Virus record (IMG/VR): IMGVR_UViG_3300021226_000131
Coordinates: 1 to 54,365 of that record
From: a virus
Taxonomy: Duplodnaviria; Caudoviricetes
Length of the DNA: 54,365 nucleotides
Direction: 5' to 3' (one strand)
Position 1 is the stretch's first letter; each line of letters begins with the position of its first letter. Positions 34,719 to 44,419 of this stretch are shown in pieces. The position numbers and the translations under genes were made by a program. A model generated the notes under the pieces. The model saw nothing but the letters and a program-made list of their open reading frames with translations, searched no databases and was not told the origin of the DNA.

Positions 34719-37714
34719 CAGAATGTGCCTCCAGAAATGCCGCCGGTGATTTTTCCGGTGCTTGGGTTGACGGTGAGGCCCGAGTTCACCAGCTCAGGCA
34801 GGTTGCCGGTCGTGGCGCTCTTGAACACCAGGTAGTTGGTCGCGTTCGTGCTGTCGGCCGTGGTGCCGGTCTTCGTTGCATTTGTTGCGTTTGTGGCCGC
34901 CCCCACAGACAGCGAGCTTTGGGCCACGTACTGCGGGGCCGATGCGCCTGCTGTGAGCACGTAATTCGTGGTGCCAAGCGTGAGCTTGGACAGCGTCGTG
35001 GAGCCGCTGGCATAGAGCATGTCGCCCGTTGCGTAGCTGGTCTGGCCGGAGCCGCCCAGGGCCGCCGTAACGGGGGCCTTGAGGCTGAATTGCGTGCCGG
35101 TGAGGGTCAGGCCCGTGCCTGCGGTGTAAGTGCCTGCGCCGCTGAACTGTGCCCATGTGACGGCCGTGACACCCAGCGTGCCGCCCGGGTCGGATGTGCA
35201 CACCCAGCCGGTGTCACCCAAGGTGGCGCCGGACTCGACAAACACAAACGCGCTCACCAGCTCGTTCCAGGTGTCAGCATCTGCCGTGCGCGTCCAGCCA
35301 GCGGCCGAGGCGGCGTAGATGCCGTTTTGAGCGGGCAGCGTCTGGTTCTTCACCAGGATGCGATCGCCTGCCGTGAGGGTCCCGGTCCACTCGCCACCGG
35401 CCTGCGTGGTCAGGCCCAGCAGTGTGATGTTTGCCGTCGTACCCCACAGCACTGCTGCCTTCACGTTCAGGCCCTGGGCCACGCTGTCCACGTACTGCTT
35501 GGTGGCCAGCTGCAGGGCGCTGGTGGGGTCTTGCGTCACAGCAACAGAGGTCAAACCGCCCAGCGTGAGCGATGTGCCGCCCAGCGCCACGGTCGTTGTG
35601 CCCAGCGTCAGGGACGAGTTCACAAGCGACGCGTTGCCGATGTTCGAGAGCGTGTTCGACGAACCGGAGATCGTCTTGTTGGTCAGCGTCTGCGAGCCGC
35701 TCAGCGTGGCCACGGTCGAGTCGATGGCGATCGTGACCGCAGACGAGCCATTAAAACTGGTCCCGGACAGACCGGTGCCGATCGTGAGCGCGTTGGCCAG
35801 AGAGCCAATACCTGTGACCGCGCTGGGGTTCACGTTGCGCCAGTAGTTGCCCGCGCCGTAGTACTGCAGGAGCTGGTTGTTGGCCACAGAGGTGAGCTCG
35901 ACGTTCGAGTCGGTACCACCCAAAACGGATCCGTGGTTGATCTCGACCTGGATCGAGCCGGAGCCGCCATTACCTGCCTTGATCAGCACACCGACGGATA
36001 CCTTCAGATTCGGAGCGGTGGGTTTTACGTTGGTCGGGTTGCCGGTGACAGGGTTGTACCAAATCGTGTCGCCATCAGCCCAAACCTCGCCGTAGGCTGT
36101 GCCGTTGGTGGTGATGCCTCGCACGATGCCGTAGGAGGTCACACGGCCAAAACCGTTGTTTGCGATGGGTTCAGTGGCCACACCAATGATCAGGCCACCA
36201 TCGGTAATTCCCGCAACCGTGGGGCCAAACGTGATGACCCCTGAGCCGCCAACGGTGCCGGTCTGGTAAACAATCTGCAGCGGCGAGTCGTTGATTGCCG
36301 CTGAGGCTTTCCCGTAGACGAACAGCTCCTCGCCGATCTGCTGGGTGATGTTGCCACCGCCCATACCGGCGTTCCAGGAGCCGGTGGCGCCGTCGTACCA
36401 AAGGCGGCCAGCAGCCAAGGCCACGGCCGAGCCATTGGCGAAGTCCAAGTAAGGCGTGGCGCCGTCGACCACATACCCGCCGATGTTGTTGCTCCAGGTC
36501 GGGGTGCCTGCGCCGCCGGATTTCAAGAAGTAACCGCTTGTGCCCGCCGCGCTGAAAGCGTAGGCCGTGCCAGTGCCGTAGGCCACAGCGCCCGCCGTTG
36601 GCGTTGCTGAGCCGTTGGTGCCGCCGTTTGCGATCGCAAGCGTGCCTGCCAGCGTCACAGCGCCCGTGGTGGACGTGGCGGGCGTCAGGCCCGTGGTGCC
36701 GCCGCTGAACGACAGCACGCCGGTGTTCGTGATGGTCACGGCCGCCGAGCCGTCGTAGCCAGAGCCGCCCAGGCCGGTACCGATGGTCAGCGCGTAGGGG
36801 TTGGCCGCCGTGATGGTGCCAGAGGACCCCAGGGCAACGCTTACGCCGTTGTAGGTCACAGCACCGCTGCCTGGCAGGTCGGTGTTCACGATCTGCCGGA
36901 AAGTCGGGTCAGCATCCACGCCCGTGATCGGGCCACCGAAAAACCGCTTGGCAGCCACAGGCGCCAAAATCAGCGTCGAGCCCCAGGTCGGGGCCCCGGT
37001 GCCGCCCGAGACCAGCACCTGGCCAGCAACACCGGCCGCGCTGACGTACATGCCGTCCGAGCCGGACCAGATCACAGCGCCGGGCTGCATCACCAAGGAG
37101 CGGGCCGTGCCGCCGCTTTGCAGGCCCAGGATGCCGTCCACCTGGGTGTCATCGGCCAGATTAACGGCCGGGTGGCGGTGGTCCGAGCGCGACAGCGTCA
37201 GAGCGGCACCGGCCGAGCCCGAGTTCGAGCCAGTCAGCGGAGTGCCGCCGTAATTCACGGCAAGCGTCACGTTCGTGTTGAGCGCGCCACCGCCGGTCAG
37301 GCCGTTGCCTGCGATCACTTGTCGCGAAACGGGCACATACCCGGAAATCGACAGAGGAACGGTTGTGGCCGCCATCACGCGGCCCGTGGCGTCAACAGTG
37401 AACTGCGGCACACTGGTGGCATCGCCGTACACACCAGGCGTCACACCCGAGGCGGCAAGCTGAGCGGTTCCGATGCCGCCAGGAGCAACGCTGAGTGTCA
37501 CATTCGAGCTCAGCTGGCCACCGCCTGTAAGCCCCGTGCCAGCAATCACCTGGCGCGATGTGGGAACACCGGCCACCTGCAGCAGGTCCCCGGCGCGAAT
37601 CTTGTAAGTGATGCCCTGATAGACGCCAACCAGCAGTGTGTCTTCCGACGTCGTCAAAGGGACGGGAAGTTGCGTGATGCTGATCGGGATCAGGTTTGAT
37701 GGGACTTGTGCCAT
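34718..37714 (-). CDS. Large tail fibre/spike protein
   Basis: Gly/Thr-rich; duplicated RQVIAG.GLTGGG.L..NVTL and LTIGTGL...GS.AVTI; ATKQYVD; GDRILVKNQ...NGIY. Confidence 0.85.
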   Translation of the reverse strand: MAQVPSNLIPISITQLPVPLTTSEDTLLVGVYQGITYKIRAGDLLQVAGVPTSRQVIAGTGLTGGGQLSSNVTLSVAPGGIGTAQLAASGVTPGVYGDATSVPQFTVDATGRVMAATTVPLSISGYVPVSRQVIAGNGLTGGGALNTNVTLAVNYGGTPLTGSNSGSAGAALTLSRSDHRHPAVNLADDTQVDGILGLQSGGTARSLVMQPGAVIWSGSDGMYVSAAGVAGQVLVSGGTGAPTWGSTLILAPVAAKRFFGGPITGVDADPTFRQIVNTDLPGSGAVTYNGVSVALGSSGTITAANPYALTIGTGLGGSGYDGSAAVTITNTGVLSFSGGTTGLTPATSTTGAVTLAGTLAIANGGTNGSATPTAGAVAYGTGTAYAFSAAGTSGYFLKSGGAGTPTWSNNIGGYVVDGATPYLDFANGSAVALAAGRLWYDGATGSWNAGMGGGNITQQIGEELFVYGKASAAINDSPLQIVYQTGTVGGSGVITFGPTVAGITDGGLIIGVATEPIANNGFGRVTSYGIVRGITTNGTAYGEVWADGDTIWYNPVTGNPTNVKPTAPNLKVSVGVLIKAGNGGSGSIQVEINHGSVLGGTDSNVELTSVANNQLLQYYGAGNYWRNVNPSAVTGIGSLANALTIGTGLSGTSFNGSSAVTIAIDSTVATLSGSQTLTNKTISGSSNTLSNIGNASLVNSSLTLGTTTVALGGTSLTLGGLTSVAVTQDPTSALQLATKQYVDSVAQGLNVKAAVLWGTTANITLLGLTTQAGGEWTGTLTAGDRILVKNQTLPAQNGIYAASAAGWTRTADADTWNELVSAFVFVESGATLGDTGWVCTSDPGGTLGVTAVTWAQFSGAGTYTAGTGLTLTGTQFSLKAPVTAALGGSGQTSYATGDMLYASGSTTLSKLTLGTTNYVLTAGASAPQYVAQSSLSVGAATNATNATKTGTTADSTNATNYLVFKSATTGNLPELVNSGLTVNPSTGKITGGISGGTF

Positions 37715-37727
37715 TTCTGCGTTGCTT

Positions 37728-38033
37728 TCAGTCGATCACGAACAGGAACTGCCCGCTGTCGGTAACGATGAACTGCGTGCCGTCCGGCGTGATCAGGCCC
37801 GAAGGATGCGTGTTGATCGGCGTGTCCGGCCGCACAAACGGCAGCACGACTTGGTCCTCTGGCTTGGCCGCCAGACGGTAGGGGTCGTAATCGTCCGTGT
37901 CCTCGTCGCAGACCATGAGCGCCGGGTAGTTGGGGTCCGGGTGCAGATCGGCCAGCCGGAACTTGCGCGAACAACGCGCGCAAATACCAAGCCCGTAGGT
38001 TGGTTCGCCGGATGGGTCAATGAAGCGTGGCAT
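37728..38033 (-). CDS. Small zinc-ribbon late protein
   Basis: ICARC...LMVC..D.D..DP. Confidence 0.75.
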   Translation of the reverse strand: MPRFIDPSGEPTYGLGICARCSRKFRLADLHPDPNYPALMVCDEDTDDYDPYRLAAKPEDQVVLPFVRPDTPINTHPSGLITPDGTQFIVTDSGQFLFVID

Positions 38034-38036
38034 GGC

Positions 38037-39029
38037 TTACTTCGTGTAGCACCCGATGCCGGGATTGATGAACGTGGGCGAGCCGTCGTTGTCGCCGTCC
38101 CAGGCGGCCTGGCGCGCGGCGTACCACTTCTGCTCCAGCATGGTCACCAGGCTTGGGTCCACGGACGGAGTTTCTGCGCCAACTTTGGCCGACAGACCGG
38201 CCGTGATCGCTTCAAGCCAACGCTGAGGCACCTCGACGTCCTGCTGCAGGTTCTGCGTGTCCATGATGTGGCGGTGGCGCCAGACGATCAGCTGCTGGTG
38301 CTCGGCTGCCGCATTCGGGCTTGGCCAGAGGTTCATTACCGGCTGGGGCAGGTCGCGCTGGAACCAGTAGGTCAGCGGGCGGCCCAAGAACACCTTGTTG
38401 CTTTGCGCCACATAGGTGTCGCGGTTGAGCACACCCATAGGGATTTCCTGCGGCATGGTGCCCAGGTAAACCTCTTCCATCAGCATGGGAGCCGTGCTGG
38501 TGATGCGGAAAAACGCCTTGGGCCGGGCCGGAATCACATCGGTCCAGGTCCACTCGCCAGATGTTGCCGCGGTGGTTTGTGTGCCGACCGTGACCCAGAC
38601 CAAGCCGTCGTTTGAGGTCTGAAACGTCAGGTCGACAGCGGCGCCGAGCCACTTCACTCCGACCGAGTTCACGGTACCGACGCCGCCATCTTGGTCCGTG
38701 AAGTCCACGGTGTAGCTCGTGGGCAGCGCAACGGTGGCGCCAGTGAGCTCCTGCATCGTGCGCAGGTTGGCGTTCAACACCTCAACGGTGCCGTTGGTCA
38801 GCGTGACGATCGGCTGGCCTTCGTAGAACGGGTAAATCTGGCGCTCAATGCACCAGCTCGGGGTCTTGGTGTTGGCCAGCTCGCTGAGCAGCAGGTACAG
38901 CGCCTCAAGCGCGTAGGTCTGCATTTCGGCCGTGATGGCCTGGGCAGGCAGGCGGCAACGCCGGAAGGCGTGATCGACGACCTTCAGTGCGTTGAATGTT
39001 GTGCTGCTGATGCTGCCGGAAAAGGCCAT
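38037..39029 (-). CDS. Head-tail adaptor/connector protein
   Basis: AF.RC...A...L.LLL.E; NR..Y...NK..GRP..YWF.R...LWP.P...P.RW..A..GL. Confidence 0.75.
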   Translation of the reverse strand: MAFSGSISSTTFNALKVVDHAFRRCRLPAQAITAEMQTYALEALYLLLSELANTKTPSWCIERQIYPFYEGQPIVTLTNGTVEVLNANLRTMQELTGATVALPTSYTVDFTDQDGGVGTVNSVGVKWLGAAVDLTFQTSNDGLVWVTVGTQTTAATSGEWTWTDVIPARPKAFFRITSTAPMLMEEVYLGTMPQEIPMGVLNRDTYVAQSNKVFLGRPLTYWFQRDLPQPVMNLWPSPNAAAEHQQLIVWRHRHIMDTQNLQQDVEVPQRWLEAITAGLSAKVGAETPSVDPSLVTMLEQKWYAARQAAWDGDNDGSPTFINPGIGCYTK

Positions 39030-39090
39030 GCTAACTCCGTGTTGGGTCGTCAGATGGCCGCCGATTCAGCGCGCCCGATGGGGTTGGGGA

Positions 39091-39119
39091 ATTGTAGAGC
39101 AAGCGACAAGGGGCGGCAA
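39091..39119 (-). promoter_or_regulatory. Candidate sigma70-type promoter
   Basis: TTGCCG-17-TACAAT upstream of 39029. Confidence 0.6.
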
Positions 39120-39135
39120 CGCACCCCTGCCCCGC

Positions 39136-39768
39136 TCAACGCTTGGATGCCTTGCGGCCTTCGGACATGGCAATCGCCATGGCCTGCTTGCGGCTGGTGA
39201 CCTCGGGGCCCTTCTTGCTGCCAGAGTGCAGCTCGCCAGCCTTGAACTCGCCCATGACCTTGCCGATCTTGGCCTGGCCAGCCTTGGACGTCACCTTACC
39301 ACCGGTTTTCATGCCGCCGATCATGGGCTGCGCAGGAGCGACGGGCACCATCTTGCGGCGAACGGATGGCATCTTCACCTGCGTGCGCTCGGTCAGCTCT
39401 TCGCGCTGCATGCGAGGCGTTTCCATCTTCTCGTGCTTGACCATGGCTTGGCGGCTGGGGTATTTCTCGCCGGTGGCCTTTTCGACCACGGGGCCGCCCT
39501 TGGCCAGCTTGAGCGTGGGCAAGCTGGGCGCCACAGGCTTGGAGCCTTTGACACCAGGGTTCTTGTTGTCCTTGATGCCAAGCGAGCTCTTGTCGGCGAT
39601 CATGGTCTGGCCCTTGAAGCCAGGGGCCTGGACTTTGCCGCCCTTGGCATAACCCGAGTCGCAAGACCCGCCTTTTTCGTACTTCACCGCGCCGCCCTTG
39701 GCGTACTTCACGGCGCCGTCCTTGCCTTTGGTGCCGAAGTCGAACTCTTTGACGTATGTGCAGCCCAT
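39136..39768 (-). CDS. Lys-rich protein with five AKGG-like motifs and a C-terminal KVM.EFK.G.LHSG domain (DUF6496-like)
   Basis: SD AAGGAG; YAKGG, YEKGG, YAKGG, LAKGG, MKTGG; KVMGEFKAGELHSG...KQA.AIA.SE. Confidence 0.8.
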   Translation of the reverse strand: MGCTYVKEFDFGTKGKDGAVKYAKGGAVKYEKGGSCDSGYAKGGKVQAPGFKGQTMIADKSSLGIKDNKNPGVKGSKPVAPSLPTLKLAKGGPVVEKATGEKYPSRQAMVKHEKMETPRMQREELTERTQVKMPSVRRKMVPVAPAQPMIGGMKTGGKVTSKAGQAKIGKVMGEFKAGELHSGSKKGPEVTSRKQAMAIAMSEGRKASKR

Positions 39769-39778
39769 AACTTGCTCC

Positions 39779-40021
39779 TTATTCGCGGTCGGAATGACCT
39801 TTGAGGTTGTCGATCTTGCGCTCGATGCGGTCAAAGCGATCAATCAACTGTTGCATGTCCGCGCGGAACTCGGCGCGGGTGATGTGGTCCCTGGCGACTT
39901 CTTCGCGGGTCTTGTTGAGAAGAATGCTGATGCGGTCAAGCTCGTCGAACTTGCCCTTCAACAAAAATCCCATCACGGCCACAATTGCACTCAGGGCAAC
40001 GTTCCAAAGCATCATCTCCAT
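39779..40021 (-). CDS. Membrane-anchored coiled-coil protein
   Basis: N-terminal TM; LLNKTREE.AR...RFDR.E.KID. Confidence 0.75.
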   Translation of the reverse strand: MEMMLWNVALSAIVAVMGFLLKGKFDELDRISILLNKTREEVARDHITRAEFRADMQQLIDRFDRIERKIDNLKGHSDRE

Positions 40022-40042
40022 CGCGTACTGCTCCGGAAATGA

Positions 40043-40306
40043 TCAGGTGTAAGCGACGTTGACGGTCCCGGCTGCCACGACCACCAGGCCGTTGTTTGCC
40101 GCAATACCGTGGCTGGCCCAGGTGGCAATCTCACCGACCGCCATGGTCTTGGTGTAGAGGATGGTGCCGCTGGCTGCCGATGCGTTGTCGTAGACCGTCA
40201 CGGCGCCTGCAGCGATGCAGGTCACCGAAAACAGTCCGGCGGGGGTTGGCTTGATCACAGCGGTTGCGGCGGCAACCTGCTGATAGCCTAATTTGTCGGT
40301 CATCAT
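40043..40306 (-). CDS. Small beta-rich virion protein
   Basis: V.VYDNA.AASGT; SD AGGAG. Confidence 0.75.
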   Translation of the reverse strand: MMTDKLGYQQVAAATAVIKPTPAGLFSVTCIAAGAVTVYDNASAASGTILYTKTMAVGEIATWASHGIAANNGLVVVAAGTVNVAYT

Positions 40307-40369
40307 GAGGTGATCTCCTGGTTTGGTTGAAGCCCCGCGCGAGGGCGGGGTGCGTCACAACGCAGGGGA

Positions 40370-40579
40370 TCAGCTCAGAGCCGCGCCGACGGCAGTCACC
40401 CAAGCAGAGCCGGTGTTGATCACCAGGCAGTACTCGTTGTTGCCTGCGCCGTTGTCGGAAATGATGTAGCAAAGGCCAACGGGCGAGCTTGCGGGCGCCG
40501 GAAGGTTTGCGGTCGTGGTGAAGGGAAAGTCAAAACCGGCCAAAGACGAAACTGGGCCGCTGAAAGTGGTTTGAGCCAT
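40370..40579 (-). CDS. Small structural protein following the capsid gene
   Basis: MAQTTFSGPV.S..GF; SD GAGGA. Confidence 0.75.
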   Translation of the reverse strand: MAQTTFSGPVSSLAGFDFPFTTTANLPAPASSPVGLCYIISDNGAGNNEYCLVINTGSAWVTAVGAALS

Positions 40580-40691
40580 GATGATTCCTCACATGCGAGT
40601 TGTGCGCAGCCGTCTGCATGTCGTCGGCCAGGGCGGGCCGTCTGCTGCGCGTAAAAAAGGTGCCCTGCGAGGACATATTTGAACACAGAGT

Positions 40692-41153
40692 TCAGGTGTT
40701 TTCAAACTTTGCGTTTTTCCTGCAGTTCTCAAACCACGGGATGACTTGCAAATTCCATGGGACATGAAGACCAGAAACGGTTTTTCCTTGCAAAGGAACG
40801 ATGTGGTCAACATGCCATTGAAAGCCTGTGAGCTTTGACCGCACTTGAGCAAGATGATATGCCTCGTCAACCATCCACAACTCGTCTTCTGACAACCAGG
40901 ATGGGACTCTATTTTTTAACGCAGCATCACGTTTACGCTGGTAGGCGGCACGCTTGTGTTGATTTTTTGAAAACCATTCGCGACTATAAGCATTGCGTTC
41001 TTCGGAATGTTTTTCACGATTTATTGCACAGATTTCTTTTCTTCGTTCTTGGTTATTTGAAACCCATGCGGCAGAGCGACTTTTGGTCAGCTCCTTATTT
41101 TTAAGGTACCACTCCCTTGAAAGGCGCTTTGCGTTTTCTTTGTCTCTGGCCAT
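40692..41153 (-). CDS. HNH endonuclease (free-standing homing type)
   Basis: WHVDHIVPL.G..VSGLHVPWNLQV....N..K; AT-rich compared with flanks. Confidence 0.92.
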   Translation of the reverse strand: MARDKENAKRLSREWYLKNKELTKSRSAAWVSNNQERRKEICAINREKHSEERNAYSREWFSKNQHKRAAYQRKRDAALKNRVPSWLSEDELWMVDEAYHLAQVRSKLTGFQWHVDHIVPLQGKTVSGLHVPWNLQVIPWFENCRKNAKFENT

Positions 41154-41162
41154 TTTGAAAAT

Positions 41163-41197
41163 AAAAAAGCTCCCACCGCGAGTAGCAGTGGGAGCTT
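41163..41197 (-). terminator. Intrinsic terminator after the major capsid gene
   Basis: On -: AAGCTCCCACTGC-TACTC-GCGGTGGGAGCTT followed by TTTT. Confidence 0.85.
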
Positions 41198-41235
41198 AGA
41201 TCGGCTTTTAAACTAAGTCGAGTAAGGGTTTACCC

Positions 41236-42150
41236 TCAAACGCCAGCTGTGCCAAAAACACCTCGTGGATCCGTCCATCCGAGGGCATAACGCTCCGTCG
41301 CTTTGTAGCGCATAGAGTCAGTTTCAAAATCCCCCTCCATGGATTTCTCCAAACCGCGACGCATCATCAGCTTCAGACCTTCGGGAGCGTCGGTCTGAAC
41401 CCACCAGGCGGTGGTGCTGGTGATACGAGACAGGTTGGCTTGGCCATCGGCCAGCAAGCCCATCGACTTCACAGGGTTGATGTCGTTGTCGGCGGTGCCG
41501 GTGCGCAGCACAGACTTCAGCAGCACTTCAGCCTGGAACACGTTAGAAGGACCGGCAACGATCTTCTTGGGTGTCAGACGGATGCGCTTGCCGTTGTTGT
41601 CCACGGCATTGCGGATCTGGATCAGCATCTGCTCGAGGGACGTCTGCGACAGGGCAGCGGCGGTGGCCAGCTGGTTGCTGAACGTGCCGTTGACGATGGG
41701 GTGAGCCGTGGAAACCAGAGACACGCCGTCACCGCCTGCATACGCGCTGTTGAAGGCTCGGTTCAGGATGTTGGCTGCCAGGGTCTCTTTGGTCTCGATC
41801 AGGGACTGCGCCAGGTGCTTGGCGTAGGTCTGACCGATACGGATGTGGTCACCGTCCTCGACCAGCACTTTGGTCAGGGCAAAGGCCAGGCCGTACACCT
41901 TGTAGAGGTAGCGCTGCAGGAACAGCACGCCGCCGGACTGGTAGGTCACGGCCATGCCATCAGGCAGCTCGGGCGCAGCACCGAAACCGTACAGGACGGG
42001 TTCTTCGTGGTAGTTGCGCGGGATGCCTTTTTGTTCGCGGAAGACTTGCTTCCACTCGTCAGCACGCTGCTCATAAACGCCGTCGAACACTTCGTTCAGA
42101 ATCGGCTCGACTACGGAACGGAAGTCCGTACTACGCATTGGGGTTGCCAT
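41236..42150 (-). CDS. Major capsid protein (HK97 fold, Mu gpT-related)
   Basis: P.LN.VF...GFG.AP...L..S...TKE..AAN.LN...GGDGV.L..T.HP...LS.TSLE...DFET...YKA.ERY..GW.DPR. Confidence 0.93.
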   Translation of the reverse strand: MATPMRSTDFRSVVEPILNEVFDGVYEQRADEWKQVFREQKGIPRNYHEEPVLYGFGAAPELPDGMAVTYQSGGVLFLQRYLYKVYGLAFALTKVLVEDGDHIRIGQTYAKHLAQSLIETKETLAANILNRAFNSAYAGGDGVSLVSTAHPIVNGTFSNQLATAAALSQTSLEQMLIQIRNAVDNNGKRIRLTPKKIVAGPSNVFQAEVLLKSVLRTGTADNDINPVKSMGLLADGQANLSRITSTTAWWVQTDAPEGLKLMMRRGLEKSMEGDFETDSMRYKATERYALGWTDPRGVFGTAGV

Positions 42151-42166
42151 GTTTCAGCCCTCCTTA

Positions 42167-42769
42167 TTAACCGACTGTGTTCACAGAAGCTTTGTACTGG
42201 TGTTCGTTGATGCGAACAGTCACTACAGCGTAAGCGTCGGTGATCGAGTCATTGATTTCGTAAGCAAAGCCAGTGATCTGGAACTGGCCAGAGGTCGCTT
42301 GCAATGCGGTGAGTTGGGTTGTGGACAAACCAGTGCGGGTCGAGCCGCCAGGCGATGCCACAGTCCAGTCGGCTTCTTCGCCAACAGCAGTTTGCATGCT
42401 GGTGACGCCAGGAGTGCCCGGATTGGTGTACTGAACGTCGAACAGCGTCTCGGGATCGTCGTAGACCCAAGCGATGATGTTCGTTGCAGTCACGCCACTT
42501 GGCCAGAAAGGGCTGATGGTGGGTTTGCCGGTAACGTCGAGGTACTGGCAGCCAGCGAAAATGCCCAACAGCTTGACGCCGTCAGTAGTTCCGCTGCGTG
42601 TGCCGTCGGATGTGCCCAGCTGGACAGTACCGTCGGCGACGAGCTTCACGGGGTCGCCCGAGAAGATGTTGGCAGCATAAGCGCTGGCAACGGTGTAGGC
42701 TTTTGGACGAATCTGACCACTGTTGTGGAAAGACGCGCGGAAGCCAAAGGGTGCGCTAGTCGAAGACAT
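42167..42769 (-). CDS. Capsid decoration/minor capsid protein
   Basis: APFG.R...IF.GD.V...GIF.GC.Y...V.DDP..LF; immediately upstream of MCP. Confidence 0.8.
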   Translation of the reverse strand: MSSTSAPFGFRASFHNSGQIRPKAYTVASAYAANIFSGDPVKLVADGTVQLGTSDGTRSGTTDGVKLLGIFAGCQYLDVTGKPTISPFWPSGVTATNIIAWVYDDPETLFDVQYTNPGTPGVTSMQTAVGEEADWTVASPGGSTRTGLSTTQLTALQATSGQFQITGFAYEINDSITDAYAVVTVRINEHQYKASVNTVG

Positions 42770-42804
42770 TTGCTTTTCCTTTGATGGGTTGAGTGGACTT
42801 CAGA

Positions 42805-43335
42805 TCAGGTCAGCTCAAACTGAGCTTTCCGTTTTTGTCCAATTTCAGACATGCCATCACCCGCATCCATGCGCGACCCCGATGCACGAGCCTGTTGCTC
42901 CATGAACTCAGCCGTGTCAGTGAGCTTTTCCTCTTCGCGCAGCGGCGCGTCGTGGTGAGCTTCCTGCATGTACTTTTCGTACAGGCTGATAGGGAGTTTG
43001 AAGGCGAGCATTTCGTTGACACCGATAAAGCCCTGCCACTCGCCAGTTTTGACGGTGACATATTCCCAGCCAGGCACGTCGCTCGGCTTCAGGGGCTCGT
43101 AACCCAGACGCATACGCATGTGGATCGAGTCACGGGGGTTGGTCGTGGTTAGCCAGCAGCAATGCCAGCCATCGAGTTTGGGCAAGTCCGGAAGTGAGGA
43201 CTGGTGGAACTGCTGTCGGAACATTTCAACCCGCTCATCATCGGACAGGGCGCGCGATTCAGAAACGGCGCGATCTACCATCGCACGGTTCTCGCGGTTG
43301 TCACCAGCAGATTTCTTTAAGCGTTCGTCAGACAT
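42805..43335 (-). CDS. Conserved head-region protein
   Basis: GWH.CWL....GYEP...G.IGV..ML..K.P. Confidence 0.75.
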   Translation of the reverse strand: MSDERLKKSAGDNRENRAMVDRAVSESRALSDDERVEMFRQQFHQSSLPDLPKLDGWHCCWLTTTNPRDSIHMRMRLGYEPLKPSDVPGWEYVTVKTGEWQGFIGVNEMLAFKLPISLYEKYMQEAHHDAPLREEEKLTDTAEFMEQQARASGSRMDAGDGMSEIGQKRKAQFELT

Positions 43336-43363
43336 TTCTCGCTCCTTTCAGCGATTGGGAAAA

Positions 43364-43391
43364 ATTATAGGTTGGATTTCAAAAAACACAA
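43364..43391 (-). promoter_or_regulatory. Candidate promoter for the capsid genes
   Basis: Perfect TATAAT (43369-43364) in an AT-rich gap; only a weak -35. Confidence 0.45.
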
Positions 43392-43399
43392 CGCGATTT

Positions 43400-44401
43400 T
43401 TAAGCGCGGTTGTTTTTGTCGTATTCGGCATAGCGTTTTACGTACTTCATTCGAAGCACGGGATCGTCCCAAACGCCTGCGTCAATCAGAGCCTGCTTGC
43501 GCTCTGGGCTGATGTACACCTCGGTGCGGGTGCTGGTTGGTGCATGCTCACGGCCAGAGCCAATCGCAGGGCCGCCACGAGTCTGGCGTTGCTGGCGGGG
43601 CTCGTCGCGGGTGCCACGGTCATCGCCATGGTCGTTGCGGCGCTGGGTCTGCTTGAAGCGCTCGGGCAGGCGGCGGGCAACGCGATCGCGCAGCTCGTCC
43701 CAGTACTCCTCGGTGTCAGGCCGGAAGCCCTCGCGGTGCAGGGCGCCGTCGATGGCCAGCACAACAGCGCTGTCCTCGTCTTGGCCCTTGAGGTCGTACC
43801 AGGGGTTTTCGCTGATGAACTCCTTGGCGTAGTGCACCGCCATGTCGTCCAAACCGTCGTCTTGCTTGACCGGGCGCTGGTTGGCCGCCTGCTGCTTGGC
43901 AAACGCCAGTTGTTGCGCTTTTTGCAAGGCCTGGTCACGGTAGCGCATGGCCTGGGTGACGTCGTCCCCGTTGCCAGCGGCCACGGCCTTGGCGATCACA
44001 CGCTCAGCCATTTCGGCCTCGTTGCGGGCCTGGGCGATCTGGGCGTCGAGCTGAGACAGGTCAGCTTGGTGCGTGCGCTGCTCGACGGTACCGAGGCGGC
44101 GCTCGAGGTCGTCGTTGCGCTTGCGCAGGAAGTTCAGCTCCAGCTTGTCGCGGCTGATCGCCTCTTCGCGGCGTTGCTTGCGCTCGGCCTTTTCCTTTCG
44201 GCGGCGTTCGCGGATGGCCTCGCGCTCGGCGTCGTTTCCGTCGCCACGGTTGTCGTCGTCGTTGCCATTGAGGCGCGCGTCGCCGTCGTCATCGTGGCCG
44301 TCGTCGGCGTTGTCGTTGGGCAGGTTTTCAACGATGACCAGCTCTTCCCGGTTTTCCGGGTTGTTGCTGTTGTCGTTGTCGTCTTCGGTGAGTGCAGGCA
44401 T
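43400..44401 (-). CDS. Putative scaffolding protein
   Basis: Acidic N-terminus, long coiled coil, NPWY, EYW.EL..R; upstream of the capsid genes. Confidence 0.75.
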   Translation of the reverse strand: MPALTEDDNDNSNNPENREELVIVENLPNDNADDGHDDDGDARLNGNDDDNRGDGNDAEREAIRERRRKEKAERKQRREEAISRDKLELNFLRKRNDDLERRLGTVEQRTHQADLSQLDAQIAQARNEAEMAERVIAKAVAAGNGDDVTQAMRYRDQALQKAQQLAFAKQQAANQRPVKQDDGLDDMAVHYAKEFISENPWYDLKGQDEDSAVVLAIDGALHREGFRPDTEEYWDELRDRVARRLPERFKQTQRRNDHGDDRGTRDEPRQQRQTRGGPAIGSGREHAPTSTRTEVYISPERKQALIDAGVWDDPVLRMKYVKRYAEYDKNNRA

Positions 44402-44419
44402 GGTTTTCTCCTGTGATGT

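Noticed and set aside
33041-37714. Diversity-generating retroelement or invertible fibre cassette
   Set aside because: No reverse transcriptase or invertase, and no adenine-variant template repeat seen by eye
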